DNA from: Syntrophorhabdaceae bacterium
Lineage (GTDB): Bacteria > Desulfobacterota > Syntrophorhabdia > Syntrophorhabdales > Syntrophorhabdaceae
Direction of reading: 5' to 3'
Assembly: GCA_963665295.1 (NCBI GenBank)
Contig: OY762209.1
Location: forward strand, 512,001-576,000
Length of the DNA stretch: 64,000 bases
Positions 28,219 through 38,614 of this stretch are shown one piece after another. The position numbers were made by a program, and so were the translations under genes. Within the stretch, counting starts at the first letter, position 1. The number at the start of each line of letters is the position of its first letter. The notes beneath the pieces are model-generated. The model did no database searches. It had not been told where the DNA came from and saw only the letters and a list, made by a program, of their open reading frames with translations.

Positions 28219-30139
28219 CCGAAGTTCCCCCTGTGAAATCCCCCCAATATCACTCTATCCCGTTGAAATGACGGGAATAGGGTGATAATCATATCTTCTA
28301 CTTGTTGCCATGTAATAGTGCATTATGTACTTGACATGTAGGTAAGCTATTTGCTATATATGTTCCATGTACATCGAAAGCATCCCCAACCGCAACTCCC
28401 GGCCCGCCATCCTCTTGAGGGAGGCATGGAGGGAAGGCAAAAAGATAAAGAAGAAGACAGTCGCAAACCTCACTGATTGGCCGGAAGAGAAGATCGAGCT
28501 CTTGAGGCGTGTATTGAAAGGGGAGTCTCTCGTCTCTCCGAAGGAAGCCTTTAAGGTTGAGCAGTCTCTCCCCCACGGCCATGTGGAGGCCATACTCGGG
28601 ACAATAAAGAAGCTTGGCCTTGATACGGTCATTGCCTCGAAGCCTGGAAGGGAGAGAGACCTCGTAATCGCCATGATCGTGGAACGCCTCATCCACCCCT
28701 CATCGAAATTAGCAACTACGAGGCTCTGGCATACTACTTCGGTGGCGGAGGAACTCTCGGTTGCAGATGCCGATGAGGACGAACTCTATGATGCCCTGGA
28801 CTGGCTTTTGGCAAGACAGGAGCGGATCGAGAAGAAGCTGGCGAATAAGCACCTTACCGAGGGCTCGCTCGTGCTCTACGATGTGACGAGCAGTTACTAC
28901 GAGGGCCACACCTGTCCCCTTGCGCAGTTCGGCCATGACCGGGATGAAAAGGGAAAGAGGATCATCGTCTATGGAGTACTCACCGATCACGAAGGCCGAC
29001 CTGTTGCAGTTACCGTCTATCCGGGGAATACGGGCGATCCCTCTACCATTCCCGACCAGACGGCAAAGCTCAAAGAAAGATTCGGTCTCGATCACCTCGT
29101 CCTCGTGGGCGACAGGGGCATGCTTACGGAGACACAGATTACAAAGATAAAGGAGATGCCCGGCATAGGGTGGATATCGGCCCTCAGGTCTTCCGCCATA
29201 CGCGAGCTTGTGGGACAGGGGAGCATCCAGATGTCCCTCTTCGATACCCAGGACTTTGCGGAAATCACCTCTCCCGAGTATCCGGGGGAAAGGCTCATCG
29301 CTTGCTTCAACCCCCTTCTTGCCGAAGAGAGAAAGAGGAAAAGAAACGCGCTCCTCGATGTGACGGAAAAGAAGTTGTCCTCCATTGTACGGGCGGTCGG
29401 GAGAAGGACAAGGACGCCTCTTTCCGCAGCGGAGATAGGGAAGAAAGTCGGCGCGGTAGTCAACGATCACAAGATGGCGAAGCACTTTATCCTTACCATC
29501 GGAGACGGGTCCTTCTCATTCGCCCGGAACGAGGAGTCAATCACCGAAGAAGAAGCCCTCGACGGGATCTATGTGATCCGTACGAGTGAACCAGCCCTTC
29601 CTCCCGCCGATGTGGTACGGAACTACAAGAACCTTGCCCGGGTAGAGCGGGCCTTCAGGACCTTGAAGGGCATCGATCTTCTCGTCCGTCCCATTCACCA
29701 CCGTACCGAGGATCACGTGCGAGCCCACATCTTTCTCTGCACCCTCGCCTATTACGTAGAGTGGCATATGAGGGAGGCCCTTACGCCGCTGCTCTTCGAC
29801 GATGAGGAGCTTCCCCTCTCACGAACGACGAGAGACCCGGTAAAGCCCGCGGAGTCATCTTCTTCCGCAAAGAAAAAGAAGACCACCAAGCTCACCCCTG
29901 ACGGCCTTCCCGTCCAGAGCTTCCGTACCCTCCTTGCCGCACTGGGGACCCGATGCAAAAACCGGTGCAGGATGGTTTTGGACTCCATGGCCCCGGCCTT
30001 CACCCTTCTTACTGATCCGACACCTCTCCAGGCCCGCGCCCTTGCCCTCCTCGGACTGTAGCCAGTAACGGGAAATCAATTTCTGCCATAATCATTGGAA
30101 TATCAAGGTGATGGGTTAATATTGGGCGGGGAACTTCAG
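28219..30139 (+). mobile_element. IS1634-family insertion sequence, ~1,921 bp
   Basis: TIR ccgaagttcccc / ggggaacttcag. 6 bp duplication gctaga at 28213-28218 and 30140-30145. Confidence 0.9.
28367..30061 (+). CDS. IS1634-family transposase
   Basis: LYDVTSSYYEG, VGDRGM, VERAFRTLK...RPIHH...VRAHIFLC. Confidence 0.93.
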   Translation: MYIESIPNRNSRPAILLREAWREGKKIKKKTVANLTDWPEEKIELLRRVLKGESLVSPKEAFKVEQSLPHGHVEAILGTIKKLGLDTVIASKPGRERDLVIAMIVERLIHPSSKLATTRLWHTTSVAEELSVADADEDELYDALDWLLARQERIEKKLANKHLTEGSLVLYDVTSSYYEGHTCPLAQFGHDRDEKGKRIIVYGVLTDHEGRPVAVTVYPGNTGDPSTIPDQTAKLKERFGLDHLVLVGDRGMLTETQITKIKEMPGIGWISALRSSAIRELVGQGSIQMSLFDTQDFAEITSPEYPGERLIACFNPLLAEERKRKRNALLDVTEKKLSSIVRAVGRRTRTPLSAAEIGKKVGAVVNDHKMAKHFILTIGDGSFSFARNEESITEEEALDGIYVIRTSEPALPPADVVRNYKNLARVERAFRTLKGIDLLVRPIHHRTEDHVRAHIFLCTLAYYVEWHMREALTPLLFDDEELPLSRTTRDPVKPAESSSSAKKKKTTKLTPDGLPVQSFRTLLAALGTRCKNRCRMVLDSMAPAFTLLTDPTPLQARALALLGL

Positions 30140-30562
30140 GCTAGAGTGAGAGAGATTAACAACCTCAAATGGGAAGATGTTAACCTGGATGAAGGATACC
30201 TTGTCCTCAAGACGCGAAAAGCCAAGAACTCTGACGTGGTTTCGAGGAAAATTCCTTTAGTGCCGACTATTAAGAAGATACTCGAATCAATGGATAAGGG
30301 AAACGAGTATGTCTTTGTTAACCCTGTTACCAAAACCAGATACGATTACAGGGACAAGTTTCTCCCGAACCTTTGCAGGAAAGCGGAGGTACGGCCTTTC
30401 ATGTATCACTCACTGAGGCACTACGGAGCATCAAAACTCGCTCACTCTGGCGTACCCTTGACAGACATTCAAGAGCTTCTTGGCCACCAGAGAGCCACTA
30501 CCACCGATATATACCTTCAGAGCTTGAAAAACAGTCTGAGGGAATCCATTAACAAACTCGAC

Positions 30563-30583
30563 TTCCCCCAAAATTTCCCCCAA
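30563..30583. repeat. TTCCCCCAA direct repeat x2, candidate integrase arm-type sites
   Basis: Copies at 30563 and 30575, just inside the tRNA-side junction. Confidence 0.45.
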
Positions 30584-30595
30584 GACTAAAAGAAA

Positions 30596-30669
30596 TGCGC
30601 CCAGCAGGAATCGAACCTGCAACCTTTGGATTCGAAGTCCAGCACTCTATCCAATTGAGCTATGGGCGC
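30596..30669 (-). tRNA. tRNA-Arg(TCG), CCA not encoded
   Basis: GCGCCCATAGCTCAATTGGATAGAGTGCTGGACTTCGAATCCAAAGGTTGCAGGTTCGATTCCTGCTGGGCGCA folds as a cloverleaf. Confidence 0.95.
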
Positions 30670-30762
30670 CAACAGGTTAAGAGAGCATACCACAAAACCG
30701 CAGAGCGTTGTAGCCCATTCGTGTTTGAAGGCAAGCGCCCGCCTCCCGGTCCTTTTTGAATT

Positions 30763-31695
30763 CTATCTCGTGAGATATCTTGTCATGAAGTGATTCACGA
30801 GGAAACGCACCACATTAAGCTCAAAAAAGGGCACCATCCGTCTCATGCCCCCGATAACCTGATTCGAAGGAATAAAACCCTTTCCGACAGCGCGGCAAAA
30901 ATGTTTCAGAATTTCATTGTGGATTCTCTTCATCGACGGAGGGGGCAGACTTTGCATAATAAAACGGTATATACGAAGCATTTCTTGAAGATAGAGGTCA
31001 TCGGCATAATAGCGATGGCACGATGATCCTCCATGGATACGGAGGAAATTGAGCGGTTTTGCCACGTAACCGATGTCCGTGGCGAGGAGCATGCGCAGGT
31101 AGAGAAACCAATCACCACAGTACCGCATGTCGGCGTCGGCAAGACCGGCATTGATATAGGCGGTTTTCCGGAATAACACGCTGCTTGCATTATTGATGGT
31201 GTTGCTTACGCAGAGATACTTTTCTATTTCGTCCCTGCCGCTGTTGAGATAATCCGAAGTTCTTCTTTTGTCGGCGGAGGAATAGTCGTTTGATATGGAT
31301 CCTGTAAATTGTCCCTTGTCATCGATGATCAGCGCATCGCAATAGGCAAGGCCGACATGAGGGTTATTTTCCAGAAGGGGGACCATTTTCTCCAGAAAAT
31401 CAGGAGCGGCCACGTCATCGGACTCCGCGATCCACACATATTCGCCTTCTGCCTGTATGACGCCGCAGTCCCACTGCTTAAACGGGCTGCCGCTGTTGCG
31501 CTCATTGATGGAGGCCCTGATGCGGGGGTACTTTGACTTGTAATGACGGATTATGTCCTGACTCCCGTCGGTTGAACAATCGTCTAAGAGGATCATTTCG
31601 AAATCCTGCAAAGTCTGGCTGAGAATGCTCTCCAGACGTTGCGGCAGAAAGGGTGCATGGTTGTAACTGGGGACGATAACGGAAACCTTAGGCAT
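30763..31695 (-). CDS. Glycosyltransferase family 2
   Basis: VSVIVPSYN...DDCSTD...ESDD. Confidence 0.92.
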   Translation of the reverse strand: MPKVSVIVPSYNHAPFLPQRLESILSQTLQDFEMILLDDCSTDGSQDIIRHYKSKYPRIRASINERNSGSPFKQWDCGVIQAEGEYVWIAESDDVAAPDFLEKMVPLLENNPHVGLAYCDALIIDDKGQFTGSISNDYSSADKRRTSDYLNSGRDEIEKYLCVSNTINNASSVLFRKTAYINAGLADADMRYCGDWFLYLRMLLATDIGYVAKPLNFLRIHGGSSCHRYYADDLYLQEMLRIYRFIMQSLPPPSMKRIHNEILKHFCRAVGKGFIPSNQVIGGMRRMVPFFELNVVRFLVNHFMTRYLTR

Positions 31696-32797
31696 GCCGC
31701 TCGGAATGTAACCTCCTCCTTATCCTGCCCGAGAGAGATTTCAACAGTTTATAAACCAAAACCGGGTAATCTTTCAGAGGTCGCCGGCGCAACTCCTTCA
31801 ATGCCTCCCGCCCGTGGTAAAGCATTTGGGCGCCATGATATCTCAATCCTTCCCGGTTCGAGACCAGGGCCTGGTTGAAGATATGAAAGTATTGCGTTTG
31901 CGTGCCTCCGAAACTTCTTAAATGTTTTTCTATGGGCTGAATATCGGAACCGCCGAAGTTGAGAATACGGACTTTGTCACTGAAGTACTTGATTACATGC
32001 CATATGATCAGCGTGTGTCCTCCTTGCGATCTCAAGAGAGGGTCTCCCCCGCTCAACAAACAATATGCTGATTTTTCATCATACACGACGTAGAATACCG
32101 CATGAACGTTCTGCTGCGCGTCTACGGACTTGAAGATCGCCCTTCTCCCTTTCGCCTTGACGGCCTCATCGAGTCTCTCCACATCACTTAAGGGATAGGG
32201 AAATTTCTTGTTCTGGCGGCGAAAAGACAGGCAACTGTATGCATACGCCAAGGCAAGGTCATCAGTTTCCTCGACACGTATGTTGTTGCGAACAGCTCTC
32301 CTGATGACCTCTCTCTGGTCTTTGGCTATGTTGCGGAAAATATCATCGATGCGGCTTTTTTCGTAATCGAGGATATATGTATAACGGGTCGTCTGAGAAT
32401 ATCCCCGCCACCGGAAAGGAAGCCAGTCCTTGAAATTGTGATGCATGCACATCTGTACCACACGGCCGGCGTCAACCTGATCCAGCAAGGCATTCAGCCA
32501 CCCTCTCTCCATGGATAACCGTTTTCGCGGCGACTCGTTGCCCGGTTTCCCGTAGAGGACCCCGCCTGTGCGCGTGAGATAAGGCTCATTGATCCTGCCG
32601 GCGCCAAAAAAGGGCAAAATGATGCCGGAGGCAATCCGATTATTCTCCGTGACGACGATGATTTTGAAATCACCCCTTGTGACGGCTTCAAGCCACCAGG
32701 AATAACAGAACAGATCTCCCTGCGGCGAGTCATTGACGAACTCATCCCAGAGACCGTATTCCGCCTGTGTCAAAAAGGTTGTTTTCACGTGCCGCAT
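31688..32797 (-). CDS. FemAB-like/GNAT acyltransferase
   Basis: WDEFV.DSPQG.LF..SWWL...NFGGS...FGG. Probable start ATG 32797. Confidence 0.75.
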   Translation of the reverse strand: MRHVKTTFLTQAEYGLWDEFVNDSPQGDLFCYSWWLEAVTRGDFKIIVVTENNRIASGIILPFFGAGRINEPYLTRTGGVLYGKPGNESPRKRLSMERGWLNALLDQVDAGRVVQMCMHHNFKDWLPFRWRGYSQTTRYTYILDYEKSRIDDIFRNIAKDQREVIRRAVRNNIRVEETDDLALAYAYSCLSFRRQNKKFPYPLSDVERLDEAVKAKGRRAIFKSVDAQQNVHAVFYVVYDEKSAYCLLSGGDPLLRSQGGHTLIIWHVIKYFSDKVRILNFGGSDIQPIEKHLRSFGGTQTQYFHIFNQALVSNREGLRYHGAQMLYHGREALKELRRRPLKDYPVLVYKLLKSLSGRIRRRLHSERHA

Positions 32798-33837
32798 CTC
32801 CCGTTGCAGCTTCCCTTCTCCCCGCCCGTCCCTTGAGCCGGGCAAGAAGGGCGAACAAAGGCCGCTATCCTTTGAGAAAGAAACTTTCTCCCACGGGATA
32901 AGAGTCTTCTGATTCCGCTTTGACGCCAAATAGTCTCCGCATCGATTGCGAACCATTCGCAGCAGACGAAGTCGAGGGGCCAACAAACGTTGAAGGGTCT
33001 ATTTTTCGCGAGTTTGAACAACATTTTCCGGCCTTTCTTCTTCATTCCCATGGAAAAGCTGCTCTGAGCCATCCGCCGGTAATGAGCGTCATACAGTTTA
33101 GGGTAATGCGCAACAAAACCGGCATTCTCCGTCAGAATCCTTTCGTGCAGTTCCAATCTGAGTACATCGAGGCTCCGGTCGGTCAACTGACCGCCTTCGT
33201 GGGTGTGAAGCTTAACCAGTACTTCCGGAATGGTCGCAAATTCGAACCTCCGGGCCAGCCTGAACAAGTGCTCCGTATCTTCACAGACCCGAAAACTCTC
33301 GTTGTATAAACCAACAGCATGGAGACACTCTTTCCTGATCGTCAAACCAAAACCGTTGCCAATGGTTGTGACCGCAATATATGCTGTTTCTTTGTCCTGA
33401 AACTCGGCAGGCCAGATCCTTTCGTTCCACAAAGTTTCCCCGCCCGGGGTATCCTTTACCCGCCGGATTCCGGTCCATGCGAAACCGATGCGGGAATGGG
33501 CGGTTTGAAAAAAACCATGCATTTTTTCGAGAAAGGTGGGGAAGTACTCATCATCGTCGTCGAGTATGGAGATCAGGGAGCCCCGGGAAGCCCTGATTCC
33601 CGAATTATATGCTGCGGATACCCCTTTGCGGGATGTATGCCGAATAAGAACAATCCGTTGGTCGTGAAATTGCCGCACGACTTCCGCAGTGCCCGTATTG
33701 CACGCATCGCCCGAGTCGTCCACTACGACGCACTCGTAGTCCCCGTATGTCTGATCGAGAACGCTGCGGATGGCCCTCTCGAGAAGATGAGGCCTCTTAT
33801 ATGTCGCTATGATGATAGAAAAGGTGGGATGTTTCAT
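32785..33837 (-). CDS. Glycosyltransferase family 2
   Basis: SIIIATYKR...VVDD...LDDDDE. Confidence 0.92.
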   Translation of the reverse strand: MKHPTFSIIIATYKRPHLLERAIRSVLDQTYGDYECVVVDDSGDACNTGTAEVVRQFHDQRIVLIRHTSRKGVSAAYNSGIRASRGSLISILDDDDEYFPTFLEKMHGFFQTAHSRIGFAWTGIRRVKDTPGGETLWNERIWPAEFQDKETAYIAVTTIGNGFGLTIRKECLHAVGLYNESFRVCEDTEHLFRLARRFEFATIPEVLVKLHTHEGGQLTDRSLDVLRLELHERILTENAGFVAHYPKLYDAHYRRMAQSSFSMGMKKKGRKMLFKLAKNRPFNVCWPLDFVCCEWFAIDAETIWRQSGIRRLLSRGRKFLSQRIAAFVRPSCPAQGTGGEKGSCNGRCGT

Positions 33838-34815
33838 TCAGATACCATGGCTCTCCCTGGAACGGAGAGTCCTGTTCATACGAGAAAAAATGGTTCTAAC
33901 CCCTCTTTGCCCCCAGACCGTTGCCGCATCGACGCCGAACCATTCATAACAGACAAGATCAAGCAAAAAGGAAGGCGAGGGCCTGTTCTTAAACAGTTTC
34001 AACAGGATCTTCCGGCCTTTCCTCTTCATCCCCAGCGAGTAGCTATTGAGGGCCAATTGCCGGTAATGGACGTCGTACAGCATAGGGTAGTGCGCGATAA
34101 AGTCGGCGTTTTCCATCAGTATCCTTTCATGGAGCTCCAATCTGAGCTCGTCCAAGCCCCGGCCGGTCAGCTGATCGCCTTTATGGCGGTGAAGTTTGAC
34201 CAGTACTTCCGGAATGGTCGCAAATTCGTACTTTCCGACCAACCTGAACAGATAGTCCGTGTCCTCGCGCACCCGGAAAGCCTCACGATACGGACCGACG
34301 GCATCGAGGCATTCCCTTCTCATCATTAAGCCGTAGCCCTTGCCGATGGTAGTCGCGGCGACATATGCCGCCTCATGGGGCCGAATCTTCGCGGGCCATA
34401 CCTTTTCATACCATAAAACCTCCCCTTCCGGGGTATCGAATACTTTCCGGATCCCGGTCCACGCAAAACCGATGCGGGAATGGGCTGCCTGGAAAAATTG
34501 ATACATCCTCTCAAGAAAGGCGGGGTAGTATTCATCGTCGTCATCCAACATGGCAATCAGGGAACCCCGGGCGGCATTGATCCCGGTGTTGGATGCGGCG
34601 GCCACGCCTTTGTTCCGCTCATGTTCTATCAGACGAATGCGCTCATCGTGAAATTGCTGCACAATTTGTGCTGAACCCCCATGGCCCGCATCGTCTACGA
34701 CAATACACTCGAAGTCTCTGAAAGTCTGGCCGACGACACTGCAAATCGCCCTCGAAAGAAGATGAGGTCGCTTGTAGGTAGCGATAATTATTGTAAAAAG
34801 AGGGTCTTTCACCAT
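33838..34815 (-). CDS. Glycosyltransferase family 2 (paralog of 32785-33837)
   Basis: Same motifs and collinear similarity; probable start MVKDPLF. Confidence 0.92.
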   Translation of the reverse strand: MVKDPLFTIIIATYKRPHLLSRAICSVVGQTFRDFECIVVDDAGHGGSAQIVQQFHDERIRLIEHERNKGVAAASNTGINAARGSLIAMLDDDDEYYPAFLERMYQFFQAAHSRIGFAWTGIRKVFDTPEGEVLWYEKVWPAKIRPHEAAYVAATTIGKGYGLMMRRECLDAVGPYREAFRVREDTDYLFRLVGKYEFATIPEVLVKLHRHKGDQLTGRGLDELRLELHERILMENADFIAHYPMLYDVHYRQLALNSYSLGMKRKGRKILLKLFKNRPSPSFLLDLVCYEWFGVDAATVWGQRGVRTIFSRMNRTLRSRESHGI

Positions 34816-35642
34816 GGTCTCGGATTGGTAATAAGGCGCAACGAGAGATAAGCCTGCTTCATCCATTGAAGCACGAGCGGCTCATTTCCCCATGCCCTTC
34901 TCAACTTCGTCACGCGTCTGTACGCCTCAGGACAGGTCTTGAACAATTCTTCATGCCGCCGAAAGATGGTCAGGAGCGCGTCTATCCGGTTCCTTCTATT
35001 CTTCTTTCTTCTTCCCGAGCGGCAGTCTCCCGGTTTGTCATATGTTCTGTAAAATACCAGATCTTCGGGAATCCTGTAAACTCTTCTTCCCTTCTCCAGT
35101 ATGGAAAGCCAGAAGTCATAATCTTCCAACCCATGGATGAACTCTTCGGAATAACCGCCCACTGCCTCCCAGTCCGTTTTCCTGAAGAAGGACGTTGAAT
35201 GAATGACGTTATCTTGAAGCATGGCGGCAAGAGAATAAGGCGGCAGCTCAAATCTTCCCGAACGGGCGCCGAAAAATTGGACCTCGCTGTATATGATGCC
35301 GAGATCGGGATCGGCACCGAAGACAGCAAATGCCCTTTCAAGGAAAGAAGGTGCGATCTTATCATCCGCATCGAGATTGAGTATGAGAGGCGCCCTGGCT
35401 GCCGCGATTGCGGTGTTGCGGGCCGCAGACGGTCCGCGGTTCGACGTGTGGATAAGGGTAACTCTTTCATGACGCAGATGGTCCAGTCTTTGCCTGGTAT
35501 CGTCCGTCGATCCATCGTTGACGATGATGACTTCATAATCCGGGAAAGTCTGGGCAAAGACCGACGACAACATCTCCCCTATATAGCGGCCATGGTTGAA
35601 GCAGGGGCAAATAATGGATATGGCGGGATTCGTCGGCATCAT
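34809..35642 (-). CDS. Glycosyltransferase family 2
   Basis: SIICPCFN...VNDGSTD...LDADD...EDYDFW. Confidence 0.92.
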   Translation of the reverse strand: MMPTNPAISIICPCFNHGRYIGEMLSSVFAQTFPDYEVIIVNDGSTDDTRQRLDHLRHERVTLIHTSNRGPSAARNTAIAAARAPLILNLDADDKIAPSFLERAFAVFGADPDLGIIYSEVQFFGARSGRFELPPYSLAAMLQDNVIHSTSFFRKTDWEAVGGYSEEFIHGLEDYDFWLSILEKGRRVYRIPEDLVFYRTYDKPGDCRSGRRKKNRRNRIDALLTIFRRHEELFKTCPEAYRRVTKLRRAWGNEPLVLQWMKQAYLSLRLITNPRPW

Positions 35643-36889
35643 TTCTGCTGTTCTCGTTCGTGGATGGTCCATGTCGGGGTAAGATACAAGAGGCCCCCAT
35701 ATCGCTGGAGGCTCCGGGTGATCGCGCTGTTGTTGACCATTTTGAATAGGATGCACGGCTCTATGACATCATACGCGTCGTATCGGTAATGGAATATTTC
35801 ACTCAGCAGCTCCACGTTGATGCGGTATTCTCCGGGATAAAGCCTCAGATCGGCGATATGAAGGGACACGTGGCACGGACGGGAAAGATCGCGCAGGGAA
35901 AAACCCGAATCGTTGTCATACATGGTACAGACGCAGTCCCCATTGGATTCGAAAATACTGACGACTATTTTCACTTTCTTGAGGTTTGCGGCGGGTGCGA
36001 CGAACAGGTGGATGTTGAGGTCGTCGCCAATGGCATAGACCCCTGTCACCTCTCCATGCCGGTTTCTCAGCTCAATTCTTTGAAGGCAAACCTCCTGCGA
36101 CCCCCTGCGATGTCCGAAATTCGCGGATTCGGCGAACCCTCGTTCGTTTGATGTATTTGATGACCGGTAGGCATCGATTACCTCGTCCGGAGCGCCGATC
36201 ATCCGCATCCTGCCTTTGTTGATCCATATGCACCGGGAACAAAACTGCCTGACGGCTGCCATATTATGGCTGACAAAGAGGATGGTCCGCCCCTGTCTCG
36301 ATACCTCATTCATTCTCCCGAGGGATTTGTTTTGAAATTCGGCGTCTCCCACGGACAATACCTCATCGATTAACAAAATCTCCGGGTCAAGGTGAGCCGC
36401 CACAGAAAAGGCCAGCCTCGCCCACATCCCGGTAGAATAATGTTTGACCGGCATGTCAAGAAAAGTCCCGACTCCGGAAAACTCGGTGATTTCCTCGAAT
36501 CTATTCAGAATCTCCCGTCTGGATAAACCCAGGATGGCGCCATTGAGGAAAATATTTTCCCGGCCCGTCAATTCCGGATGAAATCCTGTTCCCACTTCGA
36601 GCAGGCTGGCCACCCTGCCCCGCACCAGAATACTCCCTTTAGTCGGCGGTGTGATTTTGGCGATTATTTTCAGAAGCGTTGTTTTCCCCGCTCCGTTTTC
36701 TCCGATGATCCCCCACTTGTCGCCCGGGAATATGTCAAACGAAAGGTCGTCGAGAGCCCAGAATTCCTGCATATCGTGACCTCTCCTGAAGCAGGCGGTA
36801 AGGCTCTCCCGTAGCGTTCGATAGGGAGAACGATTCTTCTGGACGCTATATTTCTTGGAGACGGACTTTATTTCAAGGATCGGCTTCAC
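35639..36889 (-). CDS. wzt: Polysaccharide ABC transporter ATPase with C-terminal Wzt_C domain
   Basis: GENGAGKT, GTGFHPELTGREN, YSTGM.ARLAF, LIDEVL.VGD. Confidence 0.92.
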   Translation of the reverse strand: MKPILEIKSVSKKYSVQKNRSPYRTLRESLTACFRRGHDMQEFWALDDLSFDIFPGDKWGIIGENGAGKTTLLKIIAKITPPTKGSILVRGRVASLLEVGTGFHPELTGRENIFLNGAILGLSRREILNRFEEITEFSGVGTFLDMPVKHYSTGMWARLAFSVAAHLDPEILLIDEVLSVGDAEFQNKSLGRMNEVSRQGRTILFVSHNMAAVRQFCSRCIWINKGRMRMIGAPDEVIDAYRSSNTSNERGFAESANFGHRRGSQEVCLQRIELRNRHGEVTGVYAIGDDLNIHLFVAPAANLKKVKIVVSIFESNGDCVCTMYDNDSGFSLRDLSRPCHVSLHIADLRLYPGEYRINVELLSEIFHYRYDAYDVIEPCILFKMVNNSAITRSLQRYGGLLYLTPTWTIHEREQQK

Positions 36890-37704
36890 AGAATATCCGC
36901 ACAATCGATCTCGTTCCTATTGAACGCGACCAGGCCGACCAGAAGTATCAAAAAGGATGACGCCAGCCCCATTGTGCTGAATTGCCAGTTGACCGCTTCA
37001 ATGGAAATGGCGGCCCTTCCCAGGTGAACGGCTGCCGCGACCGGGTTCAGCGAGAGAAGAAAGGCGAGTGTCCCGGATTTGACGACGGACAGGGGAAATA
37101 TGACCGGCGTGGCGAAAAAAAGAAATTGCAGCAGAAAGGGAATGACATGTCTCACATCCCGATAGCGGATGTTCAACGCCGCGAGGATGAGCCCGCATCC
37201 CAGCGTCGAAAAAAGGACGACAGCCAGGCAGAGAGGGGAAAGCAAAAGAAATGTCGGGATGTTTACCCTGATGTCATAAAAAACCAGCAGCGCCAGACAG
37301 AAAAAGAGGGCGATAAAGAAATCGACCAGGGACACCAGAATGGCCGCCGTAGGAACGATGATGCGCGGGAAATAGACCTTTTTGATCGTATTAGCCTGGT
37401 TGACCATGCTGTTGCCTGCATTACTTACCCCGGAGGCGAAAAAACCCCAGAGGATGAGCCCGGAATAGACAAAGACCGGATAGGGAGTACCCGTGTCTAT
37501 GTGAATGACCCGCTTCCAGAAGAGGGTAAACAGCATCATCAATGCCAGAGGTTGCAGGAGCGCCCAGCCTGCGCCGATCAGGGTCTGCTTGTATTTCACT
37601 TTCACGTCGCGCCAGGCGAGAAACCAGAAAAGCTCCCTGTAGTGCCACAACTCGCGGACCTTGAAGCGCCACCAGTCGGGATAAGTTATCTCATATTCAG
37701 TCAT
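36886..37704 (-). CDS. wzm: Polysaccharide ABC transporter permease
   Basis: RDVKVKYKQT.IG..W...KKVYFPR...RYRD...LNP. Confidence 0.92.
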   Translation of the reverse strand: MTEYEITYPDWWRFKVRELWHYRELFWFLAWRDVKVKYKQTLIGAGWALLQPLALMMLFTLFWKRVIHIDTGTPYPVFVYSGLILWGFFASGVSNAGNSMVNQANTIKKVYFPRIIVPTAAILVSLVDFFIALFFCLALLVFYDIRVNIPTFLLLSPLCLAVVLFSTLGCGLILAALNIRYRDVRHVIPFLLQFLFFATPVIFPLSVVKSGTLAFLLSLNPVAAAVHLGRAAISIEAVNWQFSTMGLASSFLILLVGLVAFNRNEIDCADIL

Positions 37705-38614
37705 ATTCAAAGCGCGATTCCATTTCACAATTTGGTGCGCGAGGGGGAGAGAACACAGCTTTCTTTTGAAAATACCTTTTATCCGCATGTGTATCCCAAT
37801 CGAAGTGTCCCGCCTTTCTAAGCTTCAGTGAAAGGGTTGCAAGGAGAATGAGGCATCTTTCTTGTATTGTCCTCAACACGGGATATTTATTCTTCAGAGA
37901 TGTTTTTAATCTTCGTGCCTTTTGGAAATGATGATAATAGCTGCTCGTAGCGTCCTCACGAATAGTGCTCTTGAAAAGAGCTTCGTCGATGGTGACTATG
38001 GAGGGAGTGACTACGCGCAGCTTTACGCCCATCGCCGGTGAATGACCCGTGAGCATATCCATGGGCATCCTCAATGGGTAAGCATGTCGAAGCAGTTTGA
38101 TCGCAGCGGGTTTCTTGATGATATACCCGAATGTTCCATAGGGACACTCAATAGGTTTCGCAATATGGTAGCGGGAAAATACATTCTCTCTATCTGATGA
38201 GCATTCGACTCCGCGGGAAAAATCGTGACATTGACCGGAGTGTCCGAGCAGCAACAGCTCATAGTCCGGTCTTTCAAAGAACCACCTGTTTTTCAACAAC
38301 ATCCCCAGGTCTTCCTCAAGAATGACGTCATCCTCGAAAACGCACGCCCCTTCGATATCTTCGTCGATCATCTTTTTGTATACTGTGAGATGGCTCAGAA
38401 GACATCCTATTTCTCCTCTCATAAGCCGCCTGGCATTGAGAGAAGACCAGGGAGGAAAGCTGTCTCCACCGCAGGCTTCTATTTCTTGATCGGACATCTC
38501 CTGCCCGTCAATTGCATCAATGAATTCGTGGGCGACATTAAGCCTGTCGAGTTGCCTCACAATATGCTTCTTTCTGTCTTGAGACCTTTTCATATTTATG
38601 ACAAATACTTTGAT
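37697..38614 (-). CDS. Glycosyltransferase family 25
   Basis: KVFVINMKRSQDRK...GEIGC.LSH...VFEDD. Start uncertain (ATC 38614 or ATG 38593). Confidence 0.88.
   Translation of the reverse strand: MKVFVINMKRSQDRKKHIVRQLDRLNVAHEFIDAIDGQEMSDQEIEACGGDSFPPWSSLNARRLMRGEIGCLLSHLTVYKKMIDEDIEGACVFEDDVILEEDLGMLLKNRWFFERPDYELLLLGHSGQCHDFSRGVECSSDRENVFSRYHIAKPIECPYGTFGYIIKKPAAIKLLRHAYPLRMPMDMLTGHSPAMGVKLRVVTPSIVTIDEALFKSTIREDATSSYYHHFQKARRLKTSLKNKYPVLRTIQERCLILLATLSLKLRKAGHFDWDTHADKRYFQKKAVFSPPRAPNCEMESRFEYD

Larger units (their letters stand above)
26000..30589 (+). pseudogene. int: Tyrosine integrase split by two IS (segments 26000-26344, 28027-28218, 30146-30589; 326 aa when rejoined)
   Basis: Removing both IS and one copy of each target duplication restores KYLRL|IKALF and TMAR|VREI in frame. 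R, K, HSLR, LGH and Y catalytic motifs are present. Confidence 0.92.
12960..30595. mobile_element. Integrative element/genomic island at tRNA-Arg; left boundary not seen, so it may include 1-12,960 and extend beyond the window
   Basis: Tyrosine integrase abutting the tRNA 3' end, plus Xis-like gene, relaxase-like and coupling-ATPase-like genes, RadC and DUF932. Confidence 0.85.

Noticed and set aside
26345..30139. Composite transposon
   Set aside because: The two IS belong to different families, each has its own target duplication, and only integrase sequence lies between them.
12960..30595. Prophage
   Set aside because: No terminase, portal, capsid or lysis genes were seen. The giant fibre-like protein has a signal peptide.
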